Assembly: GCF_965661665.1 (NCBI RefSeq)
Contig: NZ_CBFIEO010000009.1
Location: 23,681-87,680, forward strand
Direction of reading: 5' to 3'
Origin: Cognatiyoonia sp.
Lineage (GTDB): Bacteria; Pseudomonadota; Alphaproteobacteria; Rhodobacterales; Rhodobacteraceae
Length of the DNA: 64,000 nucleotides
Below the pieces are notes generated by a model that made no database searches, was not told the origin of the DNA, and was given only the letters and a program-made list of their open reading frames with translations. Positions 48,754 through 60,173 of the stretch are shown in pieces; positions within the stretch are counted from its first letter, which is position 1, and the number at the start of each line of letters is the position of its first letter. The position numbers and the translations under genes were made by a program.

Positions 48754-49515
48754 ATGACGACTTTACCACCGCCATCGGCCAAGAAGCTTGGCCTTGTCAT
48801 CGACCTTGATACCTGTGTGGGGTGCCATGCTTGTGTGATCAGTTGCAAAGGCTGGAATACGGAGAATTACGGCGCGCCGCTGTCGGATCAGAACGCCTAT
48901 TCCGGCGCGGCGTCAGGGACGTTTCTGAACCGCGTGCATTCTTATGAGGTGCAGCCGGAGAATGGCACGGCGCAGTTGATCCATTTTCCAAAGTCCTGCC
49001 TGCATTGTGAGGACGCGCCTTGCGTGACGGTTTGTCCGACAGGGGCGAGCTATAAGCGGCAAGAGGATGGGATCGTGCTTGTAAATGAGCAGGATTGCAT
49101 TGGGTGCGGGCTTTGCGCGTGGGCCTGTCCCTATGGCGCGCGAGAGTTGGACGCGGCTGAAGGTGTGATGAAAAAATGTACCCTGTGTGTCGACCGGATT
49201 TATAACGAGAATTTGCCGGAAGAAGACCGTCAGCCTGCCTGTGTGCGGACCTGCCCAGCAGGGGCACGGCACTTTGGTGATCTTGGCGATCCGGACAGTG
49301 ATGTCAGCCAGCTTGTTGCAGAGCGGGGCGGGTTTGACCTGATGCCAGAGCAAGGCACCAAGCCCGTGAACAAATACCTGCCACCGCGCCCGAAGGATGT
49401 GGAGCCTGAGATTGATATCTTGGCGCCATATCTTGAGCCTGTGGCCGAAGACGCAAAAGGGTTGATGGGATGGCTCGATAAAGCCCTAACCGCCCTGCCA
49501 GGGGGAGCAAAGTAA
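48754..49515 (+). CDS. soeB: 4Fe-4S ferredoxin-type subunit, SoeB-like
   Basis: MTTLPPPSAKKLGLVIDLDTCVGCHACVISCK plus three further Cys clusters (CLHCEDAPC, CIGCGLCAWACP, CTLC...CVRTCP). Confidence 0.75.
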   Translation: MTTLPPPSAKKLGLVIDLDTCVGCHACVISCKGWNTENYGAPLSDQNAYSGAASGTFLNRVHSYEVQPENGTAQLIHFPKSCLHCEDAPCVTVCPTGASYKRQEDGIVLVNEQDCIGCGLCAWACPYGARELDAAEGVMKKCTLCVDRIYNENLPEEDRQPACVRTCPAGARHFGDLGDPDSDVSQLVAERGGFDLMPEQGTKPVNKYLPPRPKDVEPEIDILAPYLEPVAEDAKGLMGWLDKALTALPGGAK

Positions 49516-50399
49516 TGCATCCAGCACCTTCCGTTATTATCTTCAACACATTCTCTGCCATGGGGTTTGGGATGCTGTTTTTCTTGGGTCTGGGCCTGCC
49601 TGCACCGACAGCTTGGGCCGCCTTTTTCATGTTTGCTTTGGCCTATATCATGGCTGTGGGCGGGCTGATTTCATCGATGTTCCACCTTGGCCATCCAGAA
49701 CGGTTTGTGAAAGCGTTCAGCCAGTGGCGGTCGAGCTGGTTGAGCCGCGAAGCTGTTTGTGCGGTGGTTTCACTGGTCGTCATGGCGATTTATGGCGCGG
49801 GGCTGGTGTTCTTTAACACACAGATTGCGATTTTGGGGCTGATTGGGGCCTTGGGATCACTGGGCGTCGTCTTCACTACATCGATGATCTACGCGCAGAT
49901 GAACACAGTGCCACGCTGGAAGCATTGGAGCACGCCTGTACTGTTTATTGACCTTGCCGTCACGGGCGGCGCTTTGCTGACTGGTAACATCCTGATCGCG
50001 CTCGTTATGCTCGCCATCGCGGGGTTCATAACCGCGTATTATTGGGTGAGCGGTGACACGCGGTTTGCTGAGAGCGGATCAAGCCTATCGAATGCGACGG
50101 GCTTGGGCGACATTGGAGCCGTACGGGCATTTGAGCCGCCACATACGGGCACCAACTATCTGTTGAAGGAATTCGCCTTTGAGGTCGGGCGCAAGCATGT
50201 CCAAAAGCTGAGGATCATCACGATCGTCTTTGCCTTTGTGGTGCCGTTCTTGCTGTTGGCGCTGAACCTGTCAGTCATCAGCCTGATGATCCTTGGCCTT
50301 GCTGCTTTGAGCCACATCGTTGGCGTTTTGACCCTCCGCTGGCTCTTCTTTGCGCAGGCCGAGCATGTGGTTGGCTTGTACTACGGCAAGCGCGTCTAA
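49515..50399 (+). CDS. soeC: DmsC/NrfD-like membrane anchor, SoeC-like
   Basis: 294 aa, about 8 TM segments. Its start overlaps the soeB stop (TAATG). Confidence 0.7.
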   Translation: MHPAPSVIIFNTFSAMGFGMLFFLGLGLPAPTAWAAFFMFALAYIMAVGGLISSMFHLGHPERFVKAFSQWRSSWLSREAVCAVVSLVVMAIYGAGLVFFNTQIAILGLIGALGSLGVVFTTSMIYAQMNTVPRWKHWSTPVLFIDLAVTGGALLTGNILIALVMLAIAGFITAYYWVSGDTRFAESGSSLSNATGLGDIGAVRAFEPPHTGTNYLLKEFAFEVGRKHVQKLRIITIVFAFVVPFLLLALNLSVISLMILGLAALSHIVGVLTLRWLFFAQAEHVVGLYYGKRV

Positions 50400-50401
50400 A
50401 C

Positions 50402-50431
50402 AAAAAGCCCCGGTCTGGACCGGGGCTTTTT
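50402..50431. terminator. Bidirectional rho-independent terminator between soeC and the convergent ABC ATPase gene
   Basis: AAAAA-GCCCCGGTC-tg-GACCGGGGC-TTTTT. Confidence 0.75.
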
Positions 50432-50447
50432 CGTGCCTTTAGTGTTC

Positions 50448-51509
<1,062 letters not shown>

Positions 51510-51512
51510 GGT

Positions 51513-52316
51513 TTAGGTTCCTGTTACTTGTTGTTTCTGGTAGTCTGGCGAAGACCAGTGCTGGGCTTCTTTCGCAATTGCATCCGCTGCCGATTTCAGC
51601 AGCGGGACGTTCTTTTCCAAACTCGCAAGGTTGGTGCGCAGGGTGGTACTGGTGACAGAAAGGGCGCCAAGGATGCGGCCCCGCTCCGTCAAAATCGGCA
51701 TGGCGACGCAAATGATCCCGGGTTCATGTTCTTCACGGTCGAAGCCGTAGCCATGTTCGCGGATCTCGGCGAGTTCCTCTTTCAGCGCATCAGCATTGGC
51801 GAGGGTGTGTTCCGTGAAGATGTGGAAGGATTGCTGGCCGATGATCGCTTCTGCCTCGTCCTCTGGCACATACGCCAGCATGACCTTACCCACGCCCGTG
51901 CAGTAGGCGGGGCCAACTTTTCCGGCCTGACTGTACATCTCGATCGGCTGCGTGGCGTTGCGTTTGTCGAGGTAGAGAACCTGTGCACTATCGAGTTGCG
52001 CGAGGTGTACCGTTTCGCCGGTTTTTTCACTTAGCTCGTGCAAATAGGGGCTGGCGACTTGCGCCAAGGACGACTGCCGCCACGCGAAATGGGCCAGCCG
52101 CACCAGCCGCGCACCGGGGGCATAGGTGAAGCGATCAGGATCATAGTCCAGCATCCCCTGATTGGTCAGGGTTTGGATCAGGCGGTAGAGCGTGGGTTTG
52201 GGAAATCGAGAGTTTGCGAGGACATCATTGAACCGCACAGGACGGCCGAAATCTGCGACCTCTTCCAAGACCTCCAAAGCCTTGCCAACCGTGCCGTCCC
52301 CGGACCCGCGCGACAT
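51513..52316 (-). CDS. IclR family transcriptional regulator
   Basis: 267 aa. It has a wHTH (GKALEVLEEVADFGRPVRFNDVLANSRFPKPTLYRLIQTL) and an IclR effector domain. Confidence 0.85.
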   Translation of the reverse strand: MSRGSGDGTVGKALEVLEEVADFGRPVRFNDVLANSRFPKPTLYRLIQTLTNQGMLDYDPDRFTYAPGARLVRLAHFAWRQSSLAQVASPYLHELSEKTGETVHLAQLDSAQVLYLDKRNATQPIEMYSQAGKVGPAYCTGVGKVMLAYVPEDEAEAIIGQQSFHIFTEHTLANADALKEELAEIREHGYGFDREEHEPGIICVAMPILTERGRILGALSVTSTTLRTNLASLEKNVPLLKSAADAIAKEAQHWSSPDYQKQQVTGT

Positions 52317-52496
52317 TCAATTCCTCCCTACTCGCACCTCCCATGAGGCGAGCGCTTTGTGGTCACACCTCACCACGAGCATATTGACAAGCTTAGGTGA
52401 GTCGCGATTTAGTATCAACATCCAAAACCAAGTTTCGAATAATGAAACCATTGAGAAATGCGGTTTTACATCATGGAAGCATCTAGGGAGGATACC

Positions 52497-53756
52497 ATGC
52501 ATTCCATTACCAAAACGTCGCTCGCGGCGTTGGTTGCTGCTGGCGTAGCAACATCAGCCACTGCCGACGGCCACGGCCTTTCCGGCACACTTCGCATCAG
52601 CTCTGACATGTCCAACCCTGCACCACGTGCGGTGATGGAAAAGCTTGCCACAGACTTTGACGCGCTGCATCCGAACCTTGACGTGGAACTGACTATTGTT
52701 GACCGCGAAGCGTGGAAAACACAGATCCGCAACGCGCTGTCCGCGAACCCGCCGGACGTTGTTAACTGGTACGCGGCAACACGCATGCTGCCTTATGTCG
52801 AAGCTGGCCTTTTCATGGACATCTCCGACCTTTGGGACGAGCCTGAGATGTCTGACCTTGCTTCCACAAAAGGCGCTATGACCCTTGATGGTAAGCAGTG
52901 GGGCGTGCCGTATACGTACTACCAGTGGGGCGTCTACTACCGCAAAGATATCTTCGAAGAGTTGGGCCTGACTGAGCCAGCAACTTGGGAAGAAGAGAAA
53001 GCAAACTGCCAAGCGATCATTGATTCTGGCCGCAAGTGCTACACTATCGGCTCCAAGTTCCTGTGGACGGCTGGCGGTTGGTTCGACTACATCAACTCCC
53101 GCACAAACGGTTATGATTTCCACATCGAGCTGGCCACAGGTCAGGTGCCGTGGACAGATGACCGTGTACGCGCAACTTTCGCCAACTGGCGTGAGCTAAT
53201 CGACATGGGCGCCTTCATCGACGACCACCAGTCTTACAGCTGGCAGGAAGCGATGCCGTTCATGATCGACGGTGAAGCAACAGCCTATCTGATGGGTAAC
53301 TTCTCTGTCGCGGCGTTCCGTGATGGTGGCCTGACAGACGACCAGCTGGACTTCTACCAGTTCCCAAAAATCAACCCAGACGTTGATTACGCGGAAGACG
53401 CACCAACCGACACGTTCCACATCGCTTCTGGCGCTCAGAACGTCGACGCGGCAAAAGCGTTCTTACTGTATGTCACATCTCCTGATGTTCAGACAGAAAT
53501 CAACGGCGGCGACGCACTGGGCCAGCTTCCAGTGAACGCAAAGGCGCAGGTTTCTGATGACAAGTTCATTCAGGAAGGCTTCAACATGCTGTCCAACAAC
53601 GCTGGTGGCGGCATCATGCAGTTCTTCGACCGTGATTTCTCTGCTGAGATGGCATCCGTCGGCATGGAAGGTCTGCAGGAGTTCATGGTGTTCCCAGACA
53701 ATCTGGATGACATCCTTGAGCGCCTTGAAGAGACACGTCAGCGTATCTACCAGTAA
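52497..53756 (+). CDS. Sugar ABC transporter substrate-binding protein
   Basis: It has the signal peptide MHSITKTSLAALVAAGVATSATA and belongs to family-1 extracellular SBPs. I prefer ATG 52497. Confidence 0.82.
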   Translation: MHSITKTSLAALVAAGVATSATADGHGLSGTLRISSDMSNPAPRAVMEKLATDFDALHPNLDVELTIVDREAWKTQIRNALSANPPDVVNWYAATRMLPYVEAGLFMDISDLWDEPEMSDLASTKGAMTLDGKQWGVPYTYYQWGVYYRKDIFEELGLTEPATWEEEKANCQAIIDSGRKCYTIGSKFLWTAGGWFDYINSRTNGYDFHIELATGQVPWTDDRVRATFANWRELIDMGAFIDDHQSYSWQEAMPFMIDGEATAYLMGNFSVAAFRDGGLTDDQLDFYQFPKINPDVDYAEDAPTDTFHIASGAQNVDAAKAFLLYVTSPDVQTEINGGDALGQLPVNAKAQVSDDKFIQEGFNMLSNNAGGGIMQFFDRDFSAEMASVGMEGLQEFMVFPDNLDDILERLEETRQRIYQ

Positions 53757-53848
53757 TCATGATTTGGGGGCGGTGCGCCGCCCCCTTCTCAACTTATCCG
53801 CAAGGCCGCGTGGCTTTTCGCATGAGTTGACCTTTGAGAGGCATAGCC

Positions 53849-54790
53849 ATGGCGGCAGCCAGCACCAATGCGCCTGCCCAACGGGGTTGGTATAAACGCA
53901 ACGAGATTGCAATCACCCCGTGGCTTTTCCTCGCGCCGGCCGTTCTGTTTTTCGCCGTCTATGTCATTATTCCAATCGGTCAGTCGTTCTGGATTTCAAT
54001 GCATCAGTGGGATGGCCTGGGCGAAAAGGTCTATATCGGAACTGCAAACTATGAGCGGTTGTTGGGCATTGGCGACCAGAAAATCGATCGCAAATTTGAA
54101 GTCTCATTCTGGAACAACCTGCGTTGGTTAGTTTTGTACCTGCTGGCGATCCCGATGGGGCTTTTCATCGCGCTCTTCCTGAACCAGACGGTGCGGGGCA
54201 TCCGGCTTTATAAGTCACTATTCTTCTTCCCGTTCGTGATTTCACAGGTGGTTGTAGGCCTTGTGTTCAGCTGGTTCTACCTGCCCAATGACGGCCTTTT
54301 TGACGTCATCACCGGTTGGTTCGGAATTGATATACGCGGCGGTGTATTGGGCAACCCGAACACCGCGACATACGGCATCATCGCTGCAGGTCTTTGGCCA
54401 CAGACGGCATACTGCATGATCCTTTACCTCACTGGTCTCAATACTGTGGATCCAGAGCAGGTTGAGGCGGGTCGCTTAGATGGCGCCAAAGGTTGGAAGA
54501 TGCTGTGGTATGTCATCATCCCACAACTCAAGCCCGCGACCTTCATCGCCTTCGTGGTGACGATCATTGGCGCGCTGCGGTCTTTTGACTTCATCGCTGT
54601 GATGACCAACGGCGGGCCGTTCGGATCAACCCGAGTGCTGTCATTCTACATGTTCGAGGAATCCCTGTCAGAATTTGGATTCCGCATGGGCTATGGCGCA
54701 GCGATTGCGGTTGTCCTCTTCTTCATCATGCTCGGGTTCATTGCGTACTTCCTGTACTCAATGTGGCGCGACGACCAAGCGGCGCGATAG
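53849..54790 (+). CDS. Sugar ABC transporter permease (MalF-like)
   Basis: Six TM segments, with the EAA loop VDPEQVEAGRLDGAKGWKMLWYVIIPQLKP. Confidence 0.85.
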   Translation: MAAASTNAPAQRGWYKRNEIAITPWLFLAPAVLFFAVYVIIPIGQSFWISMHQWDGLGEKVYIGTANYERLLGIGDQKIDRKFEVSFWNNLRWLVLYLLAIPMGLFIALFLNQTVRGIRLYKSLFFFPFVISQVVVGLVFSWFYLPNDGLFDVITGWFGIDIRGGVLGNPNTATYGIIAAGLWPQTAYCMILYLTGLNTVDPEQVEAGRLDGAKGWKMLWYVIIPQLKPATFIAFVVTIIGALRSFDFIAVMTNGGPFGSTRVLSFYMFEESLSEFGFRMGYGAAIAVVLFFIMLGFIAYFLYSMWRDDQAAR

Positions 54791-54802
54791 GGGGCGAGAA
54801 AG

Positions 54803-55651
54803 ATGTTTCCAAGACCTATCGAACAGCAATCCCGCGTGGTTCAAGTCGGCTACCAAGCCTTCCTACCTGTGGCGCTAATCCTGTGGCTGTTGCCGCTGAT
54901 CGCGGTGATGATCTTTTCCATCAAGCCTGACGGGGATTTTGTCCAAGGCAACTTCTGGGGCATGCCGTCATCTTTCGAGTTCTTCACCAACTATGGGAAG
55001 GTGTTCTTTGAATCCGACATGCCGCGATATCTGCTGAACTCCGTCATGATCACGGTGCCGACGGTGATTGGCACAGTCGCCTTGTCGTGCATGACGGGAT
55101 TTGCGCTTGGCGTCTATAAGTTCAAAGGGAACATGCTGATTTTCTTCATGTTCATCGCGGGCAACTTTGTACCGTTCCAAATCCTGATGGTGCCGGTCCG
55201 GGACCTGACCGTGAACATGAACCTCTATGACACCAAGACGGGCCTGATCCTGTTCCACATTGCGTTCCAGACTGGATTCTGCACGCTCTTCATGCGGAAC
55301 TTTATCCGCGCCCTGCCCTTCCCTTTGATCGAGGCGGCACGAGTCGAGGGCGTGGCGGAGTGGCGCATCTTTATCTACATCGTTTTGCCGCTGATGAAGC
55401 CTGCGATTGCGGCGCTGTCGGTGCTGATCTTCACCTTTATCTGGAACGACTATTTCTGGGCGGTCGTGTTGACCCAAGGTCCTGATGCGCAACCCGTGAC
55501 AGCGGGGATCACAGCCTTTAACAGCCAATTCCGGGCGGCGTATCACTTGATGAGCGCAGGCTCCATCGTTGCGGCCTTGCCGCCGGTTGCGATGTTCTTC
55601 TTGATGCAGAAACACTTTATCGCTGGCCTGACCCTTGGTGCGGTCAAGTAA
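54803..55651 (+). CDS. Sugar ABC transporter permease (MalG-like)
   Basis: EAA loop LIEAARVEGVAEWRIFIYIVLPLMKP. Confidence 0.85.
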   Translation: MFPRPIEQQSRVVQVGYQAFLPVALILWLLPLIAVMIFSIKPDGDFVQGNFWGMPSSFEFFTNYGKVFFESDMPRYLLNSVMITVPTVIGTVALSCMTGFALGVYKFKGNMLIFFMFIAGNFVPFQILMVPVRDLTVNMNLYDTKTGLILFHIAFQTGFCTLFMRNFIRALPFPLIEAARVEGVAEWRIFIYIVLPLMKPAIAALSVLIFTFIWNDYFWAVVLTQGPDAQPVTAGITAFNSQFRAAYHLMSAGSIVAALPPVAMFFLMQKHFIAGLTLGAVK

Positions 55652-55663
55652 ACGGGACCACGT

Positions 55664-57826
55664 ATGACACCTTTGACTGATATGCCGTCTGGCGTTGAAG
55701 AGCAGTCTGTGCAGCAGAGCGTCGCGCCGCAACGGCAAACGATGATCAGTCGGGCGTGGCGGCTGGACGATGGCCGTCAGACGTTGGTGTTGACCACAAC
55801 GAATGATCGCTTGCCGCAAGCGGTCTATTGGGGTCCGCAGTTGCCAGACGACGAAGACCTACAAACGCTGCATGCGGCGAATATAATCGACGTGACGGGT
55901 GGGATGCTGGATGAGAACCCTGATCTGTCGCTCTGTCCTGAGGCGACGCGCAGCTTTCCTGGCCAGCCGGGGCTGATTGTCAGGGATACCGACGGCACGC
56001 CGCTGTTGCCGAAGTTCTGTCTTAAGGGATCGGAGCAAAACGGGACCCTCACACTCCGCTATGAAGACACATCCAACGGGCTGAACCTGACCTTCTTCTT
56101 TGAAGTGGACAGCGATACCCATGTGATCACCTGTCAGACAACACTCGACGCGACGCGTCCTGTGCATCTGCATTGGTTGGCGGCCCCTGTTTTGCCCGCG
56201 CCGCAGCAATCGGAGGAGGTGATTGACGTTTCTGGCCGCTGGTGTGGGGAGTTTCAGATCAGCCGGACCGCGTGGTCGGCAGGGATGCGGTATCGGGAGA
56301 ACCGAACGGGCCGGACGGGGCATGAGCACTTCCCCGGTCTGTTGATCCCAACCACAGGCACGACCAACACCGAGGGCGAATGTTACGGCTTTCACTATGG
56401 CTGGTCGGGCGGTCACAAGATGATTGCTGAGGAATTGCAGGACGGTCGCCGTCAGATCCAATGGGGCCACGCTGCGCGGATGGAGACAGAGCCAGCGATG
56501 CAGTTCAAGACCGCGCAGCTCTACATTACCTATTCCGACACGGGGCTGAATGGGTGCGCGGTGAGCTTCCAACGGCACTTGCGGGATCGGATCGTGACAT
56601 GGCCAAAGCCGGATGCGCCGCGCCCCGTGCACTACAACTGCTGGGAAGCGGTCTATTTCGATCACAAACTGCCCGTGTTGAAGGAAATCGCAGATCGCGC
56701 TGCCGCTTTGGGAGCGGAGCGATTTGTACTGGATGACGGCTGGTTTGGACAGCGGGACGATGACACGCGCAGCCTGTCCGACTGGACGGTTGATCCGCGC
56801 AAATATCCAGAAGGATTGCACCCGCTGATTGAACATATCCACGGGCTTGGGATGACCTTCGGCCTCTGGTTCGAACCAGAGATGATCAATGAGGACAGCG
56901 ACATCCACCGCGCCAATCCGCATTGGGTGTTGGGGTCGGAAGATCAGACATTGGGGCGTCAGCAGAAAGCGCTGAATATGGCGCTGCCTGAGGTACGCGA
57001 TTACCTTTATGACCGGATGTCGACGATCCTGAAAGATAACGAAATTGACTACATCAAATGGGACCATAACCGTGTACTACCAATGCCTGATGCGGCGCAG
57101 ACACGGGGGTCTTATGTGCTGATTGATCGATTGCGGGCTGACTTCCCAGAGGTAGAGGTTGAAAGCTGCGCGTCAGGCGGTGGCCGCATCGACTTCGGCA
57201 TTCTGGCGCGGACGCAGCGGGTCTGGCTTTCCGACAGCAACGACGCGCTGGAACGGTTGCGCATTCAACATGATGCGGCGCTCTTCCTACCTTTGGCAGT
57301 TACGGGGAGCCATGTCGGACCACGTGTCTGTCATACTTCCGGTCGAACGCTCGATATTTCCTTTCGGTCGTGGGTCGCAGCGCAGCGGCACATGGGGTTT
57401 GAGATGGACCCGCGTGAATTGACCGATCACGAGGCGCGCGTACTATCCGAAGTGACCGCGTGGTGGAAGCACAACCGCGACTGGATGACAAAGGCGGATA
57501 TCCTGCGGCTCGACAGCGCAGACCCAGCGGTGATCGCGGAACAGCAACTTGCCCGCGATGGGACCAAGTTTGCGGTGTTTGCGGGCAAGGCCGCGACCTC
57601 TGCCCAGATCGCGCCGCGGCCTTTGCGACTGACAGATTTGGACGCGGACGCGATGTATGTGATCCGCCTTGTGAACCGCGATACGGCACCAACCTTGTCG
57701 CGGGGGCCGACAGCTTTGAAATCGCAAGAGCTGACCCTTTCGGGGGCTTATCTGATGCGCCACGGGGTCACGTTGCCTTGGTCCTTCCCAGAGCGAATGT
57801 GGGTCGTTGAAGGGGAGCGGATATGA
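55664..57826 (+). CDS. Alpha-galactosidase, glycoside hydrolase family 36
   Basis: 720 aa. It has FVLDDGWFGQRDDD, GMTFGLWFEPEMIN, IDYIKWDHNR and ESCASGGGRID (GH36 catalytic region). Confidence 0.88.
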   Translation: MTPLTDMPSGVEEQSVQQSVAPQRQTMISRAWRLDDGRQTLVLTTTNDRLPQAVYWGPQLPDDEDLQTLHAANIIDVTGGMLDENPDLSLCPEATRSFPGQPGLIVRDTDGTPLLPKFCLKGSEQNGTLTLRYEDTSNGLNLTFFFEVDSDTHVITCQTTLDATRPVHLHWLAAPVLPAPQQSEEVIDVSGRWCGEFQISRTAWSAGMRYRENRTGRTGHEHFPGLLIPTTGTTNTEGECYGFHYGWSGGHKMIAEELQDGRRQIQWGHAARMETEPAMQFKTAQLYITYSDTGLNGCAVSFQRHLRDRIVTWPKPDAPRPVHYNCWEAVYFDHKLPVLKEIADRAAALGAERFVLDDGWFGQRDDDTRSLSDWTVDPRKYPEGLHPLIEHIHGLGMTFGLWFEPEMINEDSDIHRANPHWVLGSEDQTLGRQQKALNMALPEVRDYLYDRMSTILKDNEIDYIKWDHNRVLPMPDAAQTRGSYVLIDRLRADFPEVEVESCASGGGRIDFGILARTQRVWLSDSNDALERLRIQHDAALFLPLAVTGSHVGPRVCHTSGRTLDISFRSWVAAQRHMGFEMDPRELTDHEARVLSEVTAWWKHNRDWMTKADILRLDSADPAVIAEQQLARDGTKFAVFAGKAATSAQIAPRPLRLTDLDADAMYVIRLVNRDTAPTLSRGPTALKSQELTLSGAYLMRHGVTLPWSFPERMWVVEGERI

Positions 57827-58713
57827 CCCAAGCCGATTGGATCGCAGTAGACTGGGGGACGTCGAACCTGCGAGTTTGGGCGATGTCGGACAGCGGCACG
57901 GTTTTGGACGCGGCACAGTCCAACAAAGGGATGAGCGGGCTGACGCCTGATGCGTTTGAGCCTGCATTGAAAGAACTGGTTGATCCGTGGGTGAGCGCCA
58001 AGACACCTGTCATCGCCTGCGGTATGGTTGGGAGCCGTCAGGGATGGGTCGAGGCCGCTTATGACATAGTGCCCTGCCCTGTCACCGTTCAACAGTTGGC
58101 GCGGCCTGCTGTCAAAGACCCCAATCTGGACGTGCGGATCATCCCGGGCATCCGGCAGATGGACCCTGCGGATGTGATGCGGGGTGAGGAGACACAGATC
58201 GCCGGCTTTCTGGCGCTCAATACCGGATGGGATGGGGTGATCTGCTTGCCAGGGACGCACACGAAATGGGTTCATATCAGTGCGGGTGAAGTGGTCAGTT
58301 TTCAGACCTTTATGACAGGTGAGTTGTTTGGGCTGTTGAGCAAACACTCCGTCCTGCGCCATTCATTGTCAGATGATCTGAACCCCGCTGGCTTTAATCG
58401 TGGCTTGGACGAGGCGTTGTCGCGGCCAGCGACGCTCGCAGCGCGGCTCTTCTCCCTCCGTGCGGAAAGCCTTGTGGGAGAGCAAGACCCAGCGGATGCG
58501 ACGGGGCGCTTGTCAGGGCTCTTGATTGGGGCCGAGTTGGCCGGTGCGAAGCCTTACTGGTTGGGTCAGAACATTGCGGTGATTGGAGCGGGGGCGCTCT
58601 CAAAGCTCTATGTTGACGCTTTGGCGACGCAATCCGTACAAGCGATGCAAGTTCAAGGTGATCGGGCCACGCTTGCCGGTCTGACCGCCGCCTATCGACA
58701 CTTTAAGGAGTAA
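57823..58713 (+). CDS. dgoK: 2-dehydro-3-deoxygalactonokinase
   Basis: 296 aa. [23 protein letters not shown] and [10 protein letters not shown] match the DgoK pattern. Confidence 0.85.
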   Translation: MTQADWIAVDWGTSNLRVWAMSDSGTVLDAAQSNKGMSGLTPDAFEPALKELVDPWVSAKTPVIACGMVGSRQGWVEAAYDIVPCPVTVQQLARPAVKDPNLDVRIIPGIRQMDPADVMRGEETQIAGFLALNTGWDGVICLPGTHTKWVHISAGEVVSFQTFMTGELFGLLSKHSVLRHSLSDDLNPAGFNRGLDEALSRPATLAARLFSLRAESLVGEQDPADATGRLSGLLIGAELAGAKPYWLGQNIAVIGAGALSKLYVDALATQSVQAMQVQGDRATLAGLTAAYRHFKE

Positions 58714-58717
58714 GTCC

Positions 58718-59323
58718 ATGTCGCGTCCGTTGATCGCGATCCTGCGCGGGGTCACCCCCGCAGAGGCCGCACCTATTTCTGAAGCCTTGATTGATGCAGG
58801 GATTGACCGGATTGAGGTGCCGCTAAACTCCCCTGATCCGTTCGACAGTATCAAGAACATGGCCGACGCCTTTGGCGATCGGGCGTTGATCGGGGCGGGC
58901 ACTGTGTTGTCGACCGATGACGTGGGCCGCGTTGCGCAGGCGGGTGGCAAATTAATCGTATCCCCGAACTGTGACCAGCGGGTGATTGTGGCGACAAAAA
59001 CGGCTGGAATGCAAAGCTGGCCCGGTGTGATGACGCCAACCGAATGCTTTGCCGCGCTAAAGGCCGGAGCTGATGGGCTGAAGATCTTCCCAGCCAGCCT
59101 TTTGGGGCCGTCGGGGATCAAAGCGATCCGCGCGGTTTTGCCGGAGGGCACGCAGGTCTTTGCAGTGGGCGGTGCAGGGGCGGAAAATTTTGCGGAGTGG
59201 ATGGCGGCCACGGCGGATGGTTTTGGCATTGGGTCGGCCCTCTACAAGCCAGGGTATTCCATAGCGGAGGTCACGGCGCGCGCCAAAGACTTGGTCGCGA
59301 ACTATGATGAGGCGGCATCATGA
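58718..59323 (+). CDS. dgoA: 2-dehydro-3-deoxy-6-phosphogalactonate aldolase
   Basis: [15 protein letters not shown]...IEVPLNSP...ALIGAGTVL...LKIFPAS...VFAVGG is colinear with E. coli DgoA. Confidence 0.88.
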   Translation: MSRPLIAILRGVTPAEAAPISEALIDAGIDRIEVPLNSPDPFDSIKNMADAFGDRALIGAGTVLSTDDVGRVAQAGGKLIVSPNCDQRVIVATKTAGMQSWPGVMTPTECFAALKAGADGLKIFPASLLGPSGIKAIRAVLPEGTQVFAVGGAGAENFAEWMAATADGFGIGSALYKPGYSIAEVTARAKDLVANYDEAAS

Positions 59324-60141
59324 TTTTTGACAACACGGTTTGTGAGTTGGGCGAAGGGCCGCTGTGGCACCCCGAACGTAATCAATTGTTCTGGTTCGAT
59401 ATTCTTGGCAAACGCCTGCACACCAAAGGGCAGCACTGGCAGTTCGAGGAGCATGTCTCCGCCGCCGGTTGGGTGACGCGTGATGAGCTTTTGATTGCGT
59501 CAGGATCCGCCCTTTTCCGGTTCAACCTTGAGACGGAAGAAAAGGAGCATGTGATCGATCTGGAGGCGGACAATCCTGTCACCCGCTCCAACGATGGTCG
59601 GGCAGACCCCTACGGTGGGTTCTGGATTGGGACGATGGGCAAGGGTGCGGAGGATTTCGCAGGCACCATCTATCGCTTCTACAAGGGGGAACTGCGGGAG
59701 ATTGTGGGTCACGTGACTATATCAAACAGCATCTGTTTCTCACCTGATAACAAATTTGCATACTATACCGATACGGACACGCAGCTGATTATGGCGCTTC
59801 CGTTGGATGAAAAGGGCTGGCCTGAAGGCACGGCGACGGTGCATCTTGACCTAACCGGCACGCCTTATCGCCCCGACGGTGCGGTCATTGATCAGAACGG
59901 CAATTTGTGGAGCGCGCAATGGGGCGTCGGCCGTGTGGCGGGGTACAAACCCGATGGGACGTTTATTGAGGCGTTCGATCTGCCCGCTGTTCAATCGTCC
60001 TGCCCTGCGTTTGGTGGGCCAGAGGGTACAACGCTTTACTGCACTTCCGCTGCTGTGGGTCAGACAGGTGGCGATCATGGCAAGACTTTTGCAATTGAAA
60101 CGAAGTACACCGGTCAGAAAGAACATCGCGTACTGCTCTGA
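59320..60141 (+). CDS. SMP-30/gluconolactonase/LRE family lactonase
   Basis: 273 aa. It has [37 protein letters not shown] and [10 protein letters not shown]. Confidence 0.8.
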   Translation: MIFDNTVCELGEGPLWHPERNQLFWFDILGKRLHTKGQHWQFEEHVSAAGWVTRDELLIASGSALFRFNLETEEKEHVIDLEADNPVTRSNDGRADPYGGFWIGTMGKGAEDFAGTIYRFYKGELREIVGHVTISNSICFSPDNKFAYYTDTDTQLIMALPLDEKGWPEGTATVHLDLTGTPYRPDGAVIDQNGNLWSAQWGVGRVAGYKPDGTFIEAFDLPAVQSSCPAFGGPEGTTLYCTSAAVGQTGGDHGKTFAIETKYTGQKEHRVLL

Positions 60142-60173
60142 CGGCGGTGCGGTACGGTAAGGATTATTGAACC

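Noticed and set aside
52384-52415. Sigma-70-like promoter TTGACA ... TAGTAT upstream of the sugar-binding protein gene
   Set aside because: The spacer between the hexamers is 20 nt, outside the functional 16-18 nt range.
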